Positions 39,911 to 50,796 are shown, counted from the first letter of the stretch. The stretch is 51,960 nt of DNA from Proteromonas lacertae (GCA_002245135.1 NGBS01001203.1:1-51960); one strand, 5' to 3'. A program made the numbers and translations. Notes: generated from the letters alone by a model not told the origin.

Positions 39911-41727
39911 TATCTATGCTTAATGATGATTTAAATAGAAAAATGAAAAATTATGAAAGAAACGGCTAAATATTTATAAATATAAAAAATATTTTTGTGA
40001 AATTGACATGTAAATGATATATTGTGGTGAATATAAGTGTATGATGCTGAAGTATGATAATAATTTTATTTATATAGATAAAATAAATGAGGAAATAACT
40101 GGATTGCACATCCTTTTCAGAATGGAACAACCTGATGGTGTTCTAGAGATGTAGAAAACAGTTTAAATTTAAAAATGATGTGAATAAGCTATAATTGTGA
40201 TGATTTGTATAAATTGTGAATTTGTGTAAGATGCAGTGAGTTTAAAGAAATAAAGATGTGATATTTGATTAATATGAATGTTATTATTTCGATTATTTCG
40301 ATGATGATGTAAGATAAGTGAATATAGAAAAAGTGATTAACAATAGTCTTGATTTGAAAGTTTGAAATATCTTAATATAGAAGAAGATGTAGTAGATTAT
40401 ACCAACATGAGTATATTATCTTTAGATTTGTATGTATTATAAAATAATAATAATTATTTGATGAATTATTATTGTGATATTTTTATGTGAAATAGAAGTG
40501 TAATAATTTTGTATTTAAATGAAATACTCAATTGAAAGATTAATAGAAATGATTATAGTTAATATTATAATATGTTTTTATGATTTTATGCTTTTTGATG
40601 ATAGTTAAAAGGGATAATGAAGAAAAATAGAATGAAAGAAGTATTTGATATAAATAATCCTTACAGAATTGTAATTGAAATTAGTTTGAATAATATTTAA
40701 TATAAGTTATGTAAATGATTAATGTGTATATATGGAATATGGATTAAGAATTGGAATATTTTATATTTATGATAGAGAATGATGAGAGAAAAGTTTTATT
40801 CATTATAATAATTTATTTATTTCATGTTATTTCATGTTATTTATAGTGTTGTATATTTGTATAGAAACAATTAATTTTTCATTATTCTTCTATTATAATA
40901 TTTTTACATTTTATACACAAAACAACAATACAGACAAATATATAATGAAGGTTTAATAGAGTTTTATTTAATAATGGTTTAAAATATGCAATTAATTTAT
41001 CTTCTTACTATTTATCTTCATTATCCCTTTTAACTATCATCAAAAAGCATAAAATCATAAAAACATATTATAATATTAACTATAATCATTTCTATTAATC
41101 TTTCAATTGAGTATTTCATTTAAATACAAAATTATTACACTTCTATTTCACATAAAAATATCACAATAATAATTCATCAAATAATTATTATTATTTTATA
41201 ATACATACAAATCTAAAGATAATATACTCATGTTGGTATAATCTACTACATCTTCTTCTATATTAAGATATTTCAAACTTTCAAATCAAGACTATTGTTA
41301 ATCACTTTTTCTATATTCACTTATCTTACATCATCATCGAAATAATCGAAATAATAACATTCATATTAATCAAATATCACATCTTTATTTCTTTAAACTC
41401 ACTGCATCTTACACAAATTCACAATTTATACAAATCATCACAATTATAGCTTATTCACATCATTTTTAAATTTAAACTGTTTTCTACATCTCTGGAACAC
41501 CATCAGGTTGTTCCATTCTGAAAAGGATGTGCAATCCAGTTATTTCCTCATTTATTTTATCTATATAAATAAAATTATTATCATACTTCAGCATCATACA
41601 CTTATATTCACCACAATATATCATTTACATGTCAATTTCACAAAAATATTTTTTATATTTATAAATATTTAGCCGTTTCTTTCATAATTTTTCATTTTTC
41701 TATTTAAATCATCATTAAGCATAGATA
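39911..41727. repeat. Long near-perfect inverted repeat (arms about 39911-40630 and 41008-41727, spacer about 377 bp)
   Basis: TATCTATGCTTAATGATGATTTAAATAG... is the reverse complement of ...CTATTTAAATCATCATTAAGCATAGATA. Only isolated mismatches seen (e.g. TTCTAGAG vs CTCTGGAA). Confidence 0.95.
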
Positions 41728-41744
41728 ATAATAATGAATAATAA

Positions 41745-42030
41745 AGGGAAATAGCACAGTGTGCCATTTCCCTATATGTGTTTTTGATTCAAAAAATAGC
41801 CGTTTCAATGTGTGCTATTTCCCTATATTGTTTTTTCATCATTAGAAACGTTTTTAATGCATAATAAATATATCAATCGATTTCTCTATTTATGCTGGGC
41901 TCATATATGCCCTTAGTTTGACTTTCTGATCATAATCGAAATTTAATTTTCTTAAAAAAATTCAAAAAACAATAATAGATAGGATGGCCACCATACTGTG
42001 TGATATGACAACATATGGTGACCATCCTAT
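41745..42030. repeat. Cluster of short palindromes/hairpins at the putative element end
   Basis: AGGGAAATAGCACA-G-TGTGCCATTTCCCT (41745-41773); a third half-site TGTGCTATTTCCCTATAT (41811-41828); ATAGGATGGCCACCATA-N18-TATGGTGACCATCCTAT (41979-42030). Confidence 0.85.
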
Positions 42031-42214
42031 GTAATAAAAAACAAAACAAAAAAAATGAAGTTCAAGTCAAATCTTGAAACGAATGCTTTTTTCAAAAATA
42101 GCTTAATTTCTTTTATAATTATTTTAAGGTGTTAATTAGCACACCATATAATTTATAAGTTATAATACTATCCCAAACAAAACAAAACAAAACCAATTCA
42201 AGATTCATTATGAT

Positions 42215-42969
42215 TTAATATTCTGATTGCCATTCTTCTTCTTCTGATTCAATAAGAAAATCGCGTTTTACTACTTCTTTACCATAAGAAAATAAATCTA
42301 TAGTTTCTTTACCATAAGAAAATAAATCTACAGTTTCATTTCCATAATCAAATAAATTCACCACATTTTGTTGATTTACTTTATGTACTTCTTCATCAAC
42401 AACTAATATTATTGAATCTACATTCGATTCACAATTAACATTTCCTTTAACTTTATTTTGTTGTTCAAATTCAATAACTTCCACTACATTTCCGTATTCA
42501 TCATCATACTCTTGATTGTATCCATCAACAAAATCTCCATCCCCTAATTCAGTCATTGTATCAGATGTTAATGTTTTTAACGAATCATATATATAATCAA
42601 TTGTTCTGTCAACCTAAGGAAATATATAAAGATAATGCATACAATTGATTTACATTTACATTTTTTGTATTGAAAGCAATATATAAACTCTTCCTTAAAA
42701 TCCTTATAATAGTCTTTTCTGAATTTTGGGTCTTTTATCCATATGCATTTGAATCTTTCTACGAGAAACTGTGGATTGGGAATTAAACGAGTTCCTTTGA
42801 ATCTATAAAATATATATGTATATTTATACTGGTATCTGGATAGTTGTCTCCAATTTTTCGCAACATCGTTTAAATTATTTAATATTATATCAAATTCTTC
42901 TTCATCATGAACTTTGGGTACTTTCACTCGATATACTATACTCTGTTTTAAAATAATTTTGTTATTCAT
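42215..42969 (-). CDS. Hypothetical protein, 2 exons, about 241 aa; basic/aromatic N-half, acidic C-half with three 10-aa repeats
   Basis: The 29-nt intron 42614-42642 (GTATGCATTATCTTTATATATTTCCTTAG) joins ORF 42577..42969 in frame to ORF 42215..42556. Repeats NLFDYGNETV / DLFSYGKETI / DLFSYGKEVV. Confidence 0.7.
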
Positions 42970-43375
42970 GATGATATTTCAAAAATAATTAATAATATAA
43001 CTGCCAAACTCAAACCAGTATTCAAACTTGTATATTTTTAATATTTATATACAGGGTTAGCACACAATCTAACTATAATTTATATATACTTACTAGGGTA
43101 TATACCCATCTCAATTATATCAATATCTCATTTCAGGCAATAATCTAAATCATCTTTGATTATGAAACATATATGAAATCTAATTATATCAATCGATTGC
43201 TCATGATATGCCATATAATAAGAAACACATCAGATTATTCATTATGTCAATGGATCGTGAGATATTATTTTTTTAAACAAACCTCAAACATTTGTATTAC
43301 TAAACAAACAATAACTTTATTGATTAGACCCATAAAAATTTAATAATATATATAATAGCAAAAAATACAAAGAAT

Positions 43376-43879
43376 ATGCCTGACCATTTAACATATAATA
43401 TGCTTAGACAACCTAACGGTGAATATGCTTTTTACATTCATAGATATAGAGACAATAGAGCACATAGATGGGTCATTCAATTTCCAATTAAAACAATGAA
43501 AATATTAAAAAGAAATAAAGTAAAGGTGTTTATATGTGGTTCACTCAGAACTAATAGAAATGATCCAGAAGTACTAGGTGATTATAGACATCATGGCGAT
43601 CAATTAATGATAAACCTCAAAACCTATGGGTATGACAGAAGAGCTTCAATATTAGTAATGAATAGAAAATTAAGAAATGGAGAACATGAGTATGCAGATG
43701 GTGATTGTATTCCTCAAAAATTTAAAAAATATGTTTTTCATCATATGAGTTATCAATGGAATGGAGGGAATTTTTATCACATACATCCAGTTGATAGAAA
43801 TGTTGCTGATGGAATTAGTAGTAGTAGTAGTAGTGATAGTAGTAGCAGTAGTAGTAGTAGTAGTAGTGACTCTGATTAA
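43376..43879 (+). CDS. Hypothetical viral protein with poly-Ser/Asp tail
   Basis: 167-aa ATG ORF; tail encoded by (AGT)n. Confidence 0.7.
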   Translation: MPDHLTYNMLRQPNGEYAFYIHRYRDNRAHRWVIQFPIKTMKILKRNKVKVFICGSLRTNRNDPEVLGDYRHHGDQLMINLKTYGYDRRASILVMNRKLRNGEHEYADGDCIPQKFKKYVFHHMSYQWNGGNFYHIHPVDRNVADGISSSSSSDSSSSSSSSSSDSD

Positions 43880-43983
43880 ATACTTAAAAATTCTATTATT
43901 ATTATATATGTTTGTTTTTGTTTGATAAACATACTATTAATAGTTACTATATTTTAAATAATATCAATTATAAAAATCACAAC

Positions 43984-44355
43984 ATGTCTTATTATGGAGG
44001 ATGGCCAAAAGGGTTTAAAATTAGTAAAGACTGGAATACATATATTCCTAAATCAGTTAACAGGAGTAAATGGAGAAAGAGCTATGATTTGTATAGAGAC
44101 AAAGTAAAGAATGCACTACAAAACAAAACAAAAGTTAAATTACAATATAGACAATTAATGAAAATGTATGAACGATTATTAGCTGCTAATCCACCTAAAC
44201 AAAGAGGAAGACCAAAAGGAAGTAAAGATAGAGCAAAACGTAAACCAAGACGAGCCGGGCCACGAGCCGCGCCAAAGAATGATCCACATCGTATAGTTGT
44301 GCATAATGGCAGGCATTATCAGTATGGTATTCCAGTTCCTAATATGGATAATTAA
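43984..44355 (+). CDS. Small basic AT-hook protein (candidate viral DNA-condensing protein)
   Basis: First ATG at 43984 (123 aa); PKQRGRPKGSKDRAKRKPRR contains the RGRP AT-hook core. Confidence 0.7.
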   Translation: MSYYGGWPKGFKISKDWNTYIPKSVNRSKWRKSYDLYRDKVKNALQNKTKVKLQYRQLMKMYERLLAANPPKQRGRPKGSKDRAKRKPRRAGPRAAPKNDPHRIVVHNGRHYQYGIPVPNMDN

Positions 44356-44440
44356 AGTAATTCTATATATATATATATATATATTCTGTTTTTTATGTAA
44401 TATATGTGTGTTTGGTATTGCTATATCCGGCCGCCACTTT

Positions 44441-44510
44441 GCAACTTGAATTGTAATATAAGTTACAACTGGCGCCAGTTGTAACTTGAATTGTGATGTA
44501 TCTTACAACT
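44441..44510. promoter_or_regulatory. Perfect 28-bp palindrome within about 30-bp direct repeats (candidate recombination or replication site)
   Basis: AAGTTACAACT-GGCGCC-AGTTGTAACTT at 44460-44487; AACTTGAATTGT(A/G)AT..TTACAACT units at 44441-44470 and 44481-44510. The structure is clear; the function is inferred. Confidence 0.55.
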
Positions 44511-44593
44511 TGGGCTAGATGTAAAATACAAGTTTAACCAAAAATAAAAAAAACATAATATAATAATAATATAATATAAAGAGTGAAATAAAT

Positions 44594-44830
44594 TTAAATA
44601 GTCATTTTCCTTTGTTTAGTGATTTCAATAAGAGACTGAATATCTTTAAGTGTCTTATCATGTTCTAACCCTTTATTCATCATGGCATCTATATTATTTC
44701 TAAGTTCTTCTATGTCTGTATTGTTTGGAATACAATTGTGTGCCTTTAAGTATTTGAAAAGAGCCAAAGCTATCATATACAATACAAATACGGGAACTGA
44801 AAGCAAAACAGTTATTACATCAAAGTCCAT
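44594..44830 (-). CDS. Small protein with N-terminal TM helix and coiled coil
   Basis: 78 aa; VITVLLSVPVFVLYMIALALF followed by heptad-like IEELRNNIDAMM..LKDIQSLIE. Confidence 0.7.
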   Translation of the reverse strand: MDFDVITVLLSVPVFVLYMIALALFKYLKAHNCIPNNTDIEELRNNIDAMMNKGLEHDKTLKDIQSLIEITKQRKMTI

Positions 44831-44898
44831 GTGTGTTTATGAGAATCTTATATAAGAAAAACAAAATTAATCAAAGTAATGTATTTATTATCAATAAA

Positions 44899-45501
44899 CT
44901 AACTTACAAGACATTGGTTATTATTAATATATTCATCCTTAATGGATCTTGGTGATATTGGAGATAAGTCATAATCTATGAGATTGACATTGTCATTGTC
45001 ATTTTCAAGCTTGACTTGTATTTCTTCTATTTCTTTATTATTACTATCATTAGGAGGAGGAGGAGGTAATATATTAGCTTCATGATTCATCATAATAATA
45101 CTTTCTAATAATTGATGAGTTTTTTCAAAAGATGGGTTTCTTTTCTCCTTAATCTTGTTAACACACTCAAGGAACATATTAGGTGTAATGCGCACAGTCT
45201 CATCTACATCAGAAATACCTAATCTTTGAATTAATTTCTCTTTACTCTCATCCCACCAACATCCATTTTTGAATCTATATTCCAAGTCTAATCTATACTG
45301 TTCATCGACGTATTTGAGTATATATCTGATCTCACTATAAGTTAATTCCTTTTTCTCGCCACATATCAAATTCCATAATTTAGATTTGGTTGGTGCCCTC
45401 ATTTTGCCATCCTTTCTAAAGCAATTAATGAGTATTTGTTTATCAGAGTTCCAAAAGTTATATGGCACTGTTCTAAATTTGTGTTCCTGATCGTTATTCA
45501 T
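44899..45501 (-). CDS. Hypothetical viral protein
   Basis: 200-aa ATG ORF divergent from the capsid module; no recognised motif. Confidence 0.7.
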   Translation of the reverse strand: MNNDQEHKFRTVPYNFWNSDKQILINCFRKDGKMRAPTKSKLWNLICGEKKELTYSEIRYILKYVDEQYRLDLEYRFKNGCWWDESKEKLIQRLGISDVDETVRITPNMFLECVNKIKEKRNPSFEKTHQLLESIIMMNHEANILPPPPPNDSNNKEIEEIQVKLENDNDNVNLIDYDLSPISPRSIKDEYINNNQCLVS

Positions 45502-45586
45502 TTTTAAAAAATAAAAGTGTAATTAATACTAATAATGACAATATTGACATTATTAACGAATTTATTTTCAAAATAGATTTTATCTT

Positions 45587-46546
45587 ATGTTAGTTTCGAA
45601 TCATCGTGTATACTACTTAAATTCTGATATGATTGTATTATCTGATTCCATGGGTGGAGGAAACAAGTATAAGAAGACATTAAAATTGCAATCATTCGAT
45701 GATGATTATACTCATGTCAGCTTATTACATGCTGTTATACCCAATTCATTCCCAACTATACAGGAAGAAACAAATGATGAGTTTTCATTAGTATTCACAT
45801 TGGGATGGAGACATGATGTTCAAGTAGATGCACCAAAGTATCCAAACATCGTAAAACACCTCAAAATACCAGAAGGATTCTATGATGAAACTCAGATATT
45901 AAGTATGATCAATAATTTAGTCAAAAATATGACATATGATATTTTTGGAATAAATGATGCTGCATATAATGAAGAAGGTTCACATGTGTCTATTATACAA
46001 GGAAAAGGAGATTTATTTCGTATAGACAATTTCGATGATAATCAAACATATCATATTGAGGTAGCTAATGATATGAATATTATATACTATCAAAAAGACC
46101 CAGTATATTGGATAGAAAAATTAGAGATCATCACCAAAGATCTTAGTTACAAAATATTAGGTATACCCAAAAACAATTACTGGTGTTGTTTTAAAGAATA
46201 TATTCCATCTGAAGAACCAGAGAATCAACAAGAAATTATGGTTAAGCCATTCCCATTTACTCAATTACCATTTCGTCCATCTTTGATATGGGTTAATTCT
46301 ATATCCATTAGATTAGACATAGTGAATATTATGCAGGATTCAAATGTATTAGAAAATATACCCGTTTCAAATCCTGAGTTACCATTTATTACATATCAGA
46401 ATAATGACATATTGAATACATCAAAGAGATTTAATAATACCTATAACAATGGTATGATCACTATTCAGATTACTCAACAAAATGGCTATGAACTTAATCT
46501 TGATAATATTGAGTTTAATTTAGATATTGTTGTATTTAAAGTCTAA
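45587..46546 (+). CDS. Minor capsid (penton, single jelly-roll) protein
   Basis: 'YYLNSD', 'VSLLHAVIPNSFPTI', 'LKIPEGFYD..I', 'LENIPV', 'ITIQIT..NG..LNL' fit the Polinton/PLV/virophage penton pattern; lies directly upstream of the major capsid gene. Confidence 0.8.
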   Translation: MLVSNHRVYYLNSDMIVLSDSMGGGNKYKKTLKLQSFDDDYTHVSLLHAVIPNSFPTIQEETNDEFSLVFTLGWRHDVQVDAPKYPNIVKHLKIPEGFYDETQILSMINNLVKNMTYDIFGINDAAYNEEGSHVSIIQGKGDLFRIDNFDDNQTYHIEVANDMNIIYYQKDPVYWIEKLEIITKDLSYKILGIPKNNYWCCFKEYIPSEEPENQQEIMVKPFPFTQLPFRPSLIWVNSISIRLDIVNIMQDSNVLENIPVSNPELPFITYQNNDILNTSKRFNNTYNNGMITIQITQQNGYELNLDNIEFNLDIVVFKV

Positions 46547-46577
46547 TTTTTATATTTCTTTATTCTTTTGTTTTCTA

Positions 46578-48060
46578 ATGGCTTTATCTATTCCAAAAGA
46601 ACAGAAACATGGTGTAGATGTCCCTGTGATGCTACCCTTCTATAATTATGTGAGATTGACTCCGATGGGATCAACATCAGAATATACTCTAAGTGATAAC
46701 ACGTATACAGAAGAGATTAGATGGGAGATAAGTGGAGATAATATTATCAATTTAGCTAAGTCATATATTCAATTCGATATAGATGTGGAAACAGAACCAT
46801 TAGCAAAAGGTTCAGAAGCAGGTGCTGTTAGAGCAGATTTAAGTAAGAAACTTATAAATAAAGATGATGATTTATATCCAAGTACAATTGGAGGAATTAA
46901 AGAAGGGTTTGGCTTTGGCATCTTTTAGAATTTGTAATCAGACTGGAACAGATCTGGTCAAGCTTGATGATTCGTATGAACCATATCGTGTATTTATGGA
47001 CGAATTAGTTAGAAAGAGATGCGATATATTCTATCAAGACAATTACTATGATGGAATACAATTAGATTGGAGTAACGATGAACACAGTTATCTTATTCAA
47101 GATGTTAATAAATGGAAAATGGACAAAGAAGGTGATGATGATATGCATGTTAATGTTATAGACATTTCTGATGAAAGTAATAATAAAGTAACTAATGCTA
47201 CTGTGTATAAGAGTAAAAAGACATTACATTTCAAATTACAGTTAGGTAAATTTTACAATACATTTGCTGCATTAAAGAGCGATGTATTCTTTGGAGAGAG
47301 AATGTATATATGCATTCGATTCCAAACTAAAGCAAATTATGGAAATTTGAAATCATATACACCAACCGAATATTGTATTGATGAAAATGGTTATGAAGAT
47401 TTAAATAATGTTATAGCATGGGATAGGAATGGTGGTATTAAAAATATGACATTTAAGAATTTTAAATTCTATGCTTATATCAACAAGGATACTCAATGCA
47501 ACAATAATACCAAACAATATTGTTTATCAAAACCTATTCAATTCAATGATTTCAGATGTCATCAAATTGTTGTACCATCAGGTGGATCTGGCATATTCAA
47601 TTATTCATTCACATTGAATAGTTCCAATGGACCATTTGTTCGTTACATAATCTATAGGCCATGGATAGAATCATTAAAAAGATATGCACATGTACCTGAA
47701 AATGCACAATTCAGATGGATGATCAATGATTTTGTATATCAGCCAGATTATACACTTATGCAATATTATGATAGCTTCATGACTGTCCGTGAATATTTCC
47801 AAGACTCATGGTTTGATATATTCAGAAAAGATAAGAAGTTCAATGACAAGTTCTTTGAGATATTGAATTTTGGCTCTAAGGACTTGGACAATATTAAGAA
47901 CCAGGCAGGTAGACCTTTGGCTACTGATTTGAAAATAACCTTTGAATTTTCAACACCTGGTACAAATGACTTTACTAATAATGATATATCTCATCGTTTC
48001 TATATCATCACTGGACGTATGGTCACTATTAATGGAAGTGGTATTGTAAGTGTAGTTTAA
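46578..48060 (+). CDS. Major capsid protein (double jelly-roll), about 493 aa, one +1 frameshift near 46915
   Basis: 'IRWEISGDNIINLAKSYIQFDIDV' resembles the Polinton-type MCP N-terminus; beta-rich; size and position between penton and ATPase fit. Removing one T from GGCTTTGGCA fuses ORFs 46527 and 46864. Confidence 0.75.
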
Positions 48061-48121
48061 AAATAATCATAATATCGATAACGGCTATATTTCTTATAAT
48101 TATGTTTTTGTTATTTTTGTT

Positions 48122-48980
48122 ATGAGTAAAGTTAATTTAGAAAAAATAAACAACATAGTCATAAATCCTGTTGAGACAGTAGTCAAAGGATGTGGAAAAC
48201 GTTCCAAAGATAGTGTCCTTGGATATGACTATTTTCAGGAGCCATTCTGCAACATATTTATTTTAGCTAAGAAAAACAGTGGTAAGACTACACTTATATT
48301 TAATATGATCCAACACTTGCTAAAAAAGGGATATGACCAAGTAGTGTATTTTTTCGTTGCAACTATATCCAAAGGATATCATATATGAGAAAATCACTGA
48401 TATGCTCAAGTATAACCAAATTGAGTACCATTGCTATGATTCAGTAGTGAATGAAGATAGAGTGAATATATTGGATGCAGTATTAGATAATATCAAAGAT
48501 ATAGACAAAGATAATTATGATTACCCAGAGAATATATTTATATTCGATGATATATCATTTGATTTAAGAAATAAATCCGTTTCGAAATTACTTAAGTCAA
48601 ATCGTCATTACAAGTCAAAAGTAATTATATCAAGTCAATATGTCACTGACATTACTCCCTCAGTTCGTTTACAGCTTGATTACTGTTTGGTATTCAAAAA
48701 CCTGAGTATGGCTAATTTACGAAATTTGTATGCAAGTTTAGATATATGGATCGATTTCGATGTTTTCAAATCATATTATGATTATGCAACCAAACAGAGT
48801 AATCACTCATTTTTATATATCGATTTATATAATCATGAATTTAGAGTGAATTTTGATAGTAGAATTAGAGATAATAGTAATAATAGCTATAATCACAATA
48901 ATAAATATGATCACCTCATTTCCTATAGCAGCGATGATGAGTCCACTGATTCATCAAGTTATCCCAGCGATTCGGAATAA
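48122..48980 (+). CDS. A32/FtsK-HerA family genome packaging ATPase, about 285 aa, one +1 frameshift near 48372
   Basis: Walker A AKKNSGKTT, Walker B IFIFDD, 'NRHYK..IISSQY..ITPSVRLQLDY', 'HSFLYID'. Removing one base from TCCAAAGGAT fuses the two ORFs. Confidence 0.92.
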
Positions 48981-49034
48981 TAATAATCCCCATATTGTCA
49001 CTAATATAATTTTTTGTTTATTTTGCTATATTTT

Positions 49035-49775
49035 ATGTTTGGCCGTCCTATTAAAAAACAAGCTGTATCAACAGATCTAACACCTGTCACGAGGGCACTG
49101 ACATCGATTACAAGCAATTTGGGAGAAAAAGTTGGAGATGCTAAATCGATTAGAGAAATGTTGGTCGATATCAAGAATAGTGGTACAGGAGGATCATCTG
49201 GATCAGGTGGTGGTATTGATAGTGCAACTAGTGAGAAAATTGATGGAATTGTGAATGTCATTGGAAAGACCAAATTAGAGAGCTGGGATAAGAGCATACA
49301 TAATATGTTATCTGTTTTGTATTCTACAATTTATGATGATGCTAATTCAATTACTAATAATGTCAATTTTATAATGTCCTATATAGGATATCGAAGTGAA
49401 TATCAAGATAGTTCATGGAAAATGGAGAATCGTATAAAATGGAGTTCTATGGGTGAAAATAACATGATATTAAAATCTGTAGATGGTCAATTAGAAATTG
49501 TTCAAGCAAGACAAGTTTTACCAAACTGTTATTGCTTTGTAAGATATGCAGCTTTTCAAACATATTTGCAAATAGAAATACTAAATCCTGTTAGAATAAT
49601 AACAAGCGAACTAATAATTAATTCAATCTTAACTCCAGATGTAGAAAAATTTTTAAGCAAATATTTAAGTTTTACAAATAATGTACCAAGAATAGATATA
49701 TTTTTTGAGTCATTAAGTGGACATCATCAAGTATGCTTTTTGAAATTACTCGTGATATGTGTAGTTTTAGTATGA
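49035..49775 (+). CDS. Hypothetical viral protein with Gly/Ser linker (possible structural or fibre protein)
   Basis: First ATG at 49035; helical N-terminus, SGTGGSSGSGGG linker, beta-rich C-terminal part. The 3' end may be frameshifted. Confidence 0.6.
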   Translation: MFGRPIKKQAVSTDLTPVTRALTSITSNLGEKVGDAKSIREMLVDIKNSGTGGSSGSGGGIDSATSEKIDGIVNVIGKTKLESWDKSIHNMLSVLYSTIYDDANSITNNVNFIMSYIGYRSEYQDSSWKMENRIKWSSMGENNMILKSVDGQLEIVQARQVLPNCYCFVRYAAFQTYLQIEILNPVRIITSELIINSILTPDVEKFLSKYLSFTNNVPRIDIFFESLSGHHQVCFLKLLVICVVLV

Positions 49776-49915
49776 AAAATCCTACTACAGAAGCATAATG
49801 TGGATAACTTTGAAGGTAATTGTATTCTAATCCCACAAAAAATAATATTTCCATATGGTAATAATGTTATATTTCAATAAAGATGATGCATTTGATTTTT
49901 TATAAAAAATTATAA

Positions 49916-50613
49916 TCAATTCTTCTTGTTTCTCTTGTATTGTTGGTTTTGATTATCACTCTCAGTTCTTCTTTTCATCGGAGCAGGTGTTGTTGGTACT
50001 GGAATAATATCATAATCTGCAGGTTGTGTATACATATTCTCCAAATCTATGTCATCTACATCCTGATTCTCAGCACACTGATCCTCATCCTCCTTCTCCT
50101 TCTCAAGTTTTTGCTCAAATTTCTTGATACTAGCTATGCACTTCAAATTTTGGGATAATAGTGTATTTTTCTTTATCCTTCTTATCTAATACAGTTATCT
50201 GTCTAATTCTCAAATCACACTGACACTCATAAAATAAATAACTTGGAGGATCTTTAATCTTGTTTAACCATGCCCAGAATCTGACAGTGTTATTATCGTT
50301 GTCTTCAGGAAATATCACTTGGAATCCACATTTCTTATAGTCTTTGACCATATTTGAGTCATCTGTATACTTGATGGCATAATCCACAACATTTTTTCAA
50401 AGGCTCCTTTACATCTTGATAATAATTTTTAATAGGTCTTCTGTTCTTAAATAAGAACCTTCCTGGAGTAAAACTCATGACATAGTACTTTGCATCTTCA
50501 ATCTTTTCTGTATTTGGTTCAGCTTCATTACACCATCCTTTTACAGTTAAATAAGTAATATCTCTATCATCTAATGTGATAAAATTAGATCCATTATTGA
50601 TATTTGAACTCAT
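49916..50613 (-). CDS. Hypothetical viral protein, about 231 aa, joined across two homopolymer frameshifts
   Basis: ORFs 50359, 50130 and 49916 fuse on removing one A at about 50395 (LKNVVDY) and one at about 50150 (IPNLKC); acidic then basic (NLS-like) tail. Confidence 0.6.
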
Positions 50614-50796
50614 ACCGCCAAAATGAATATTATATATCCGTTTCACAAAAAAGATTTATGTGGTTTGAATATGTTTGATACATTTGGAGCGGTTATACAA
50701 ATTACCGCGCATACTATGAACATGTGTAAATTGTATAGTTTGATTACACAAGCTTATTTGATAGAATCCATTTTCATCATTTCATTACACTCAAGC

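Noticed and set aside
40080..40450. Degenerate coding remnant within the fold-back arm
   Set aside because: Some codon-like texture, but frequent stops and no ORF in the track; no product can be supported.
42270..42365. 30-nt repeats as a CRISPR-like array
   Set aside because: Contiguous in-frame coding repeats with no spacers, in a eukaryotic context.
461..49034. Non-ATG starts given by the ORF track (461, 43912, 46527, 49014)
   Set aside because: Eukaryotic context; better ATG starts exist at 391 (spliced), 43984, 46578 and 49035.
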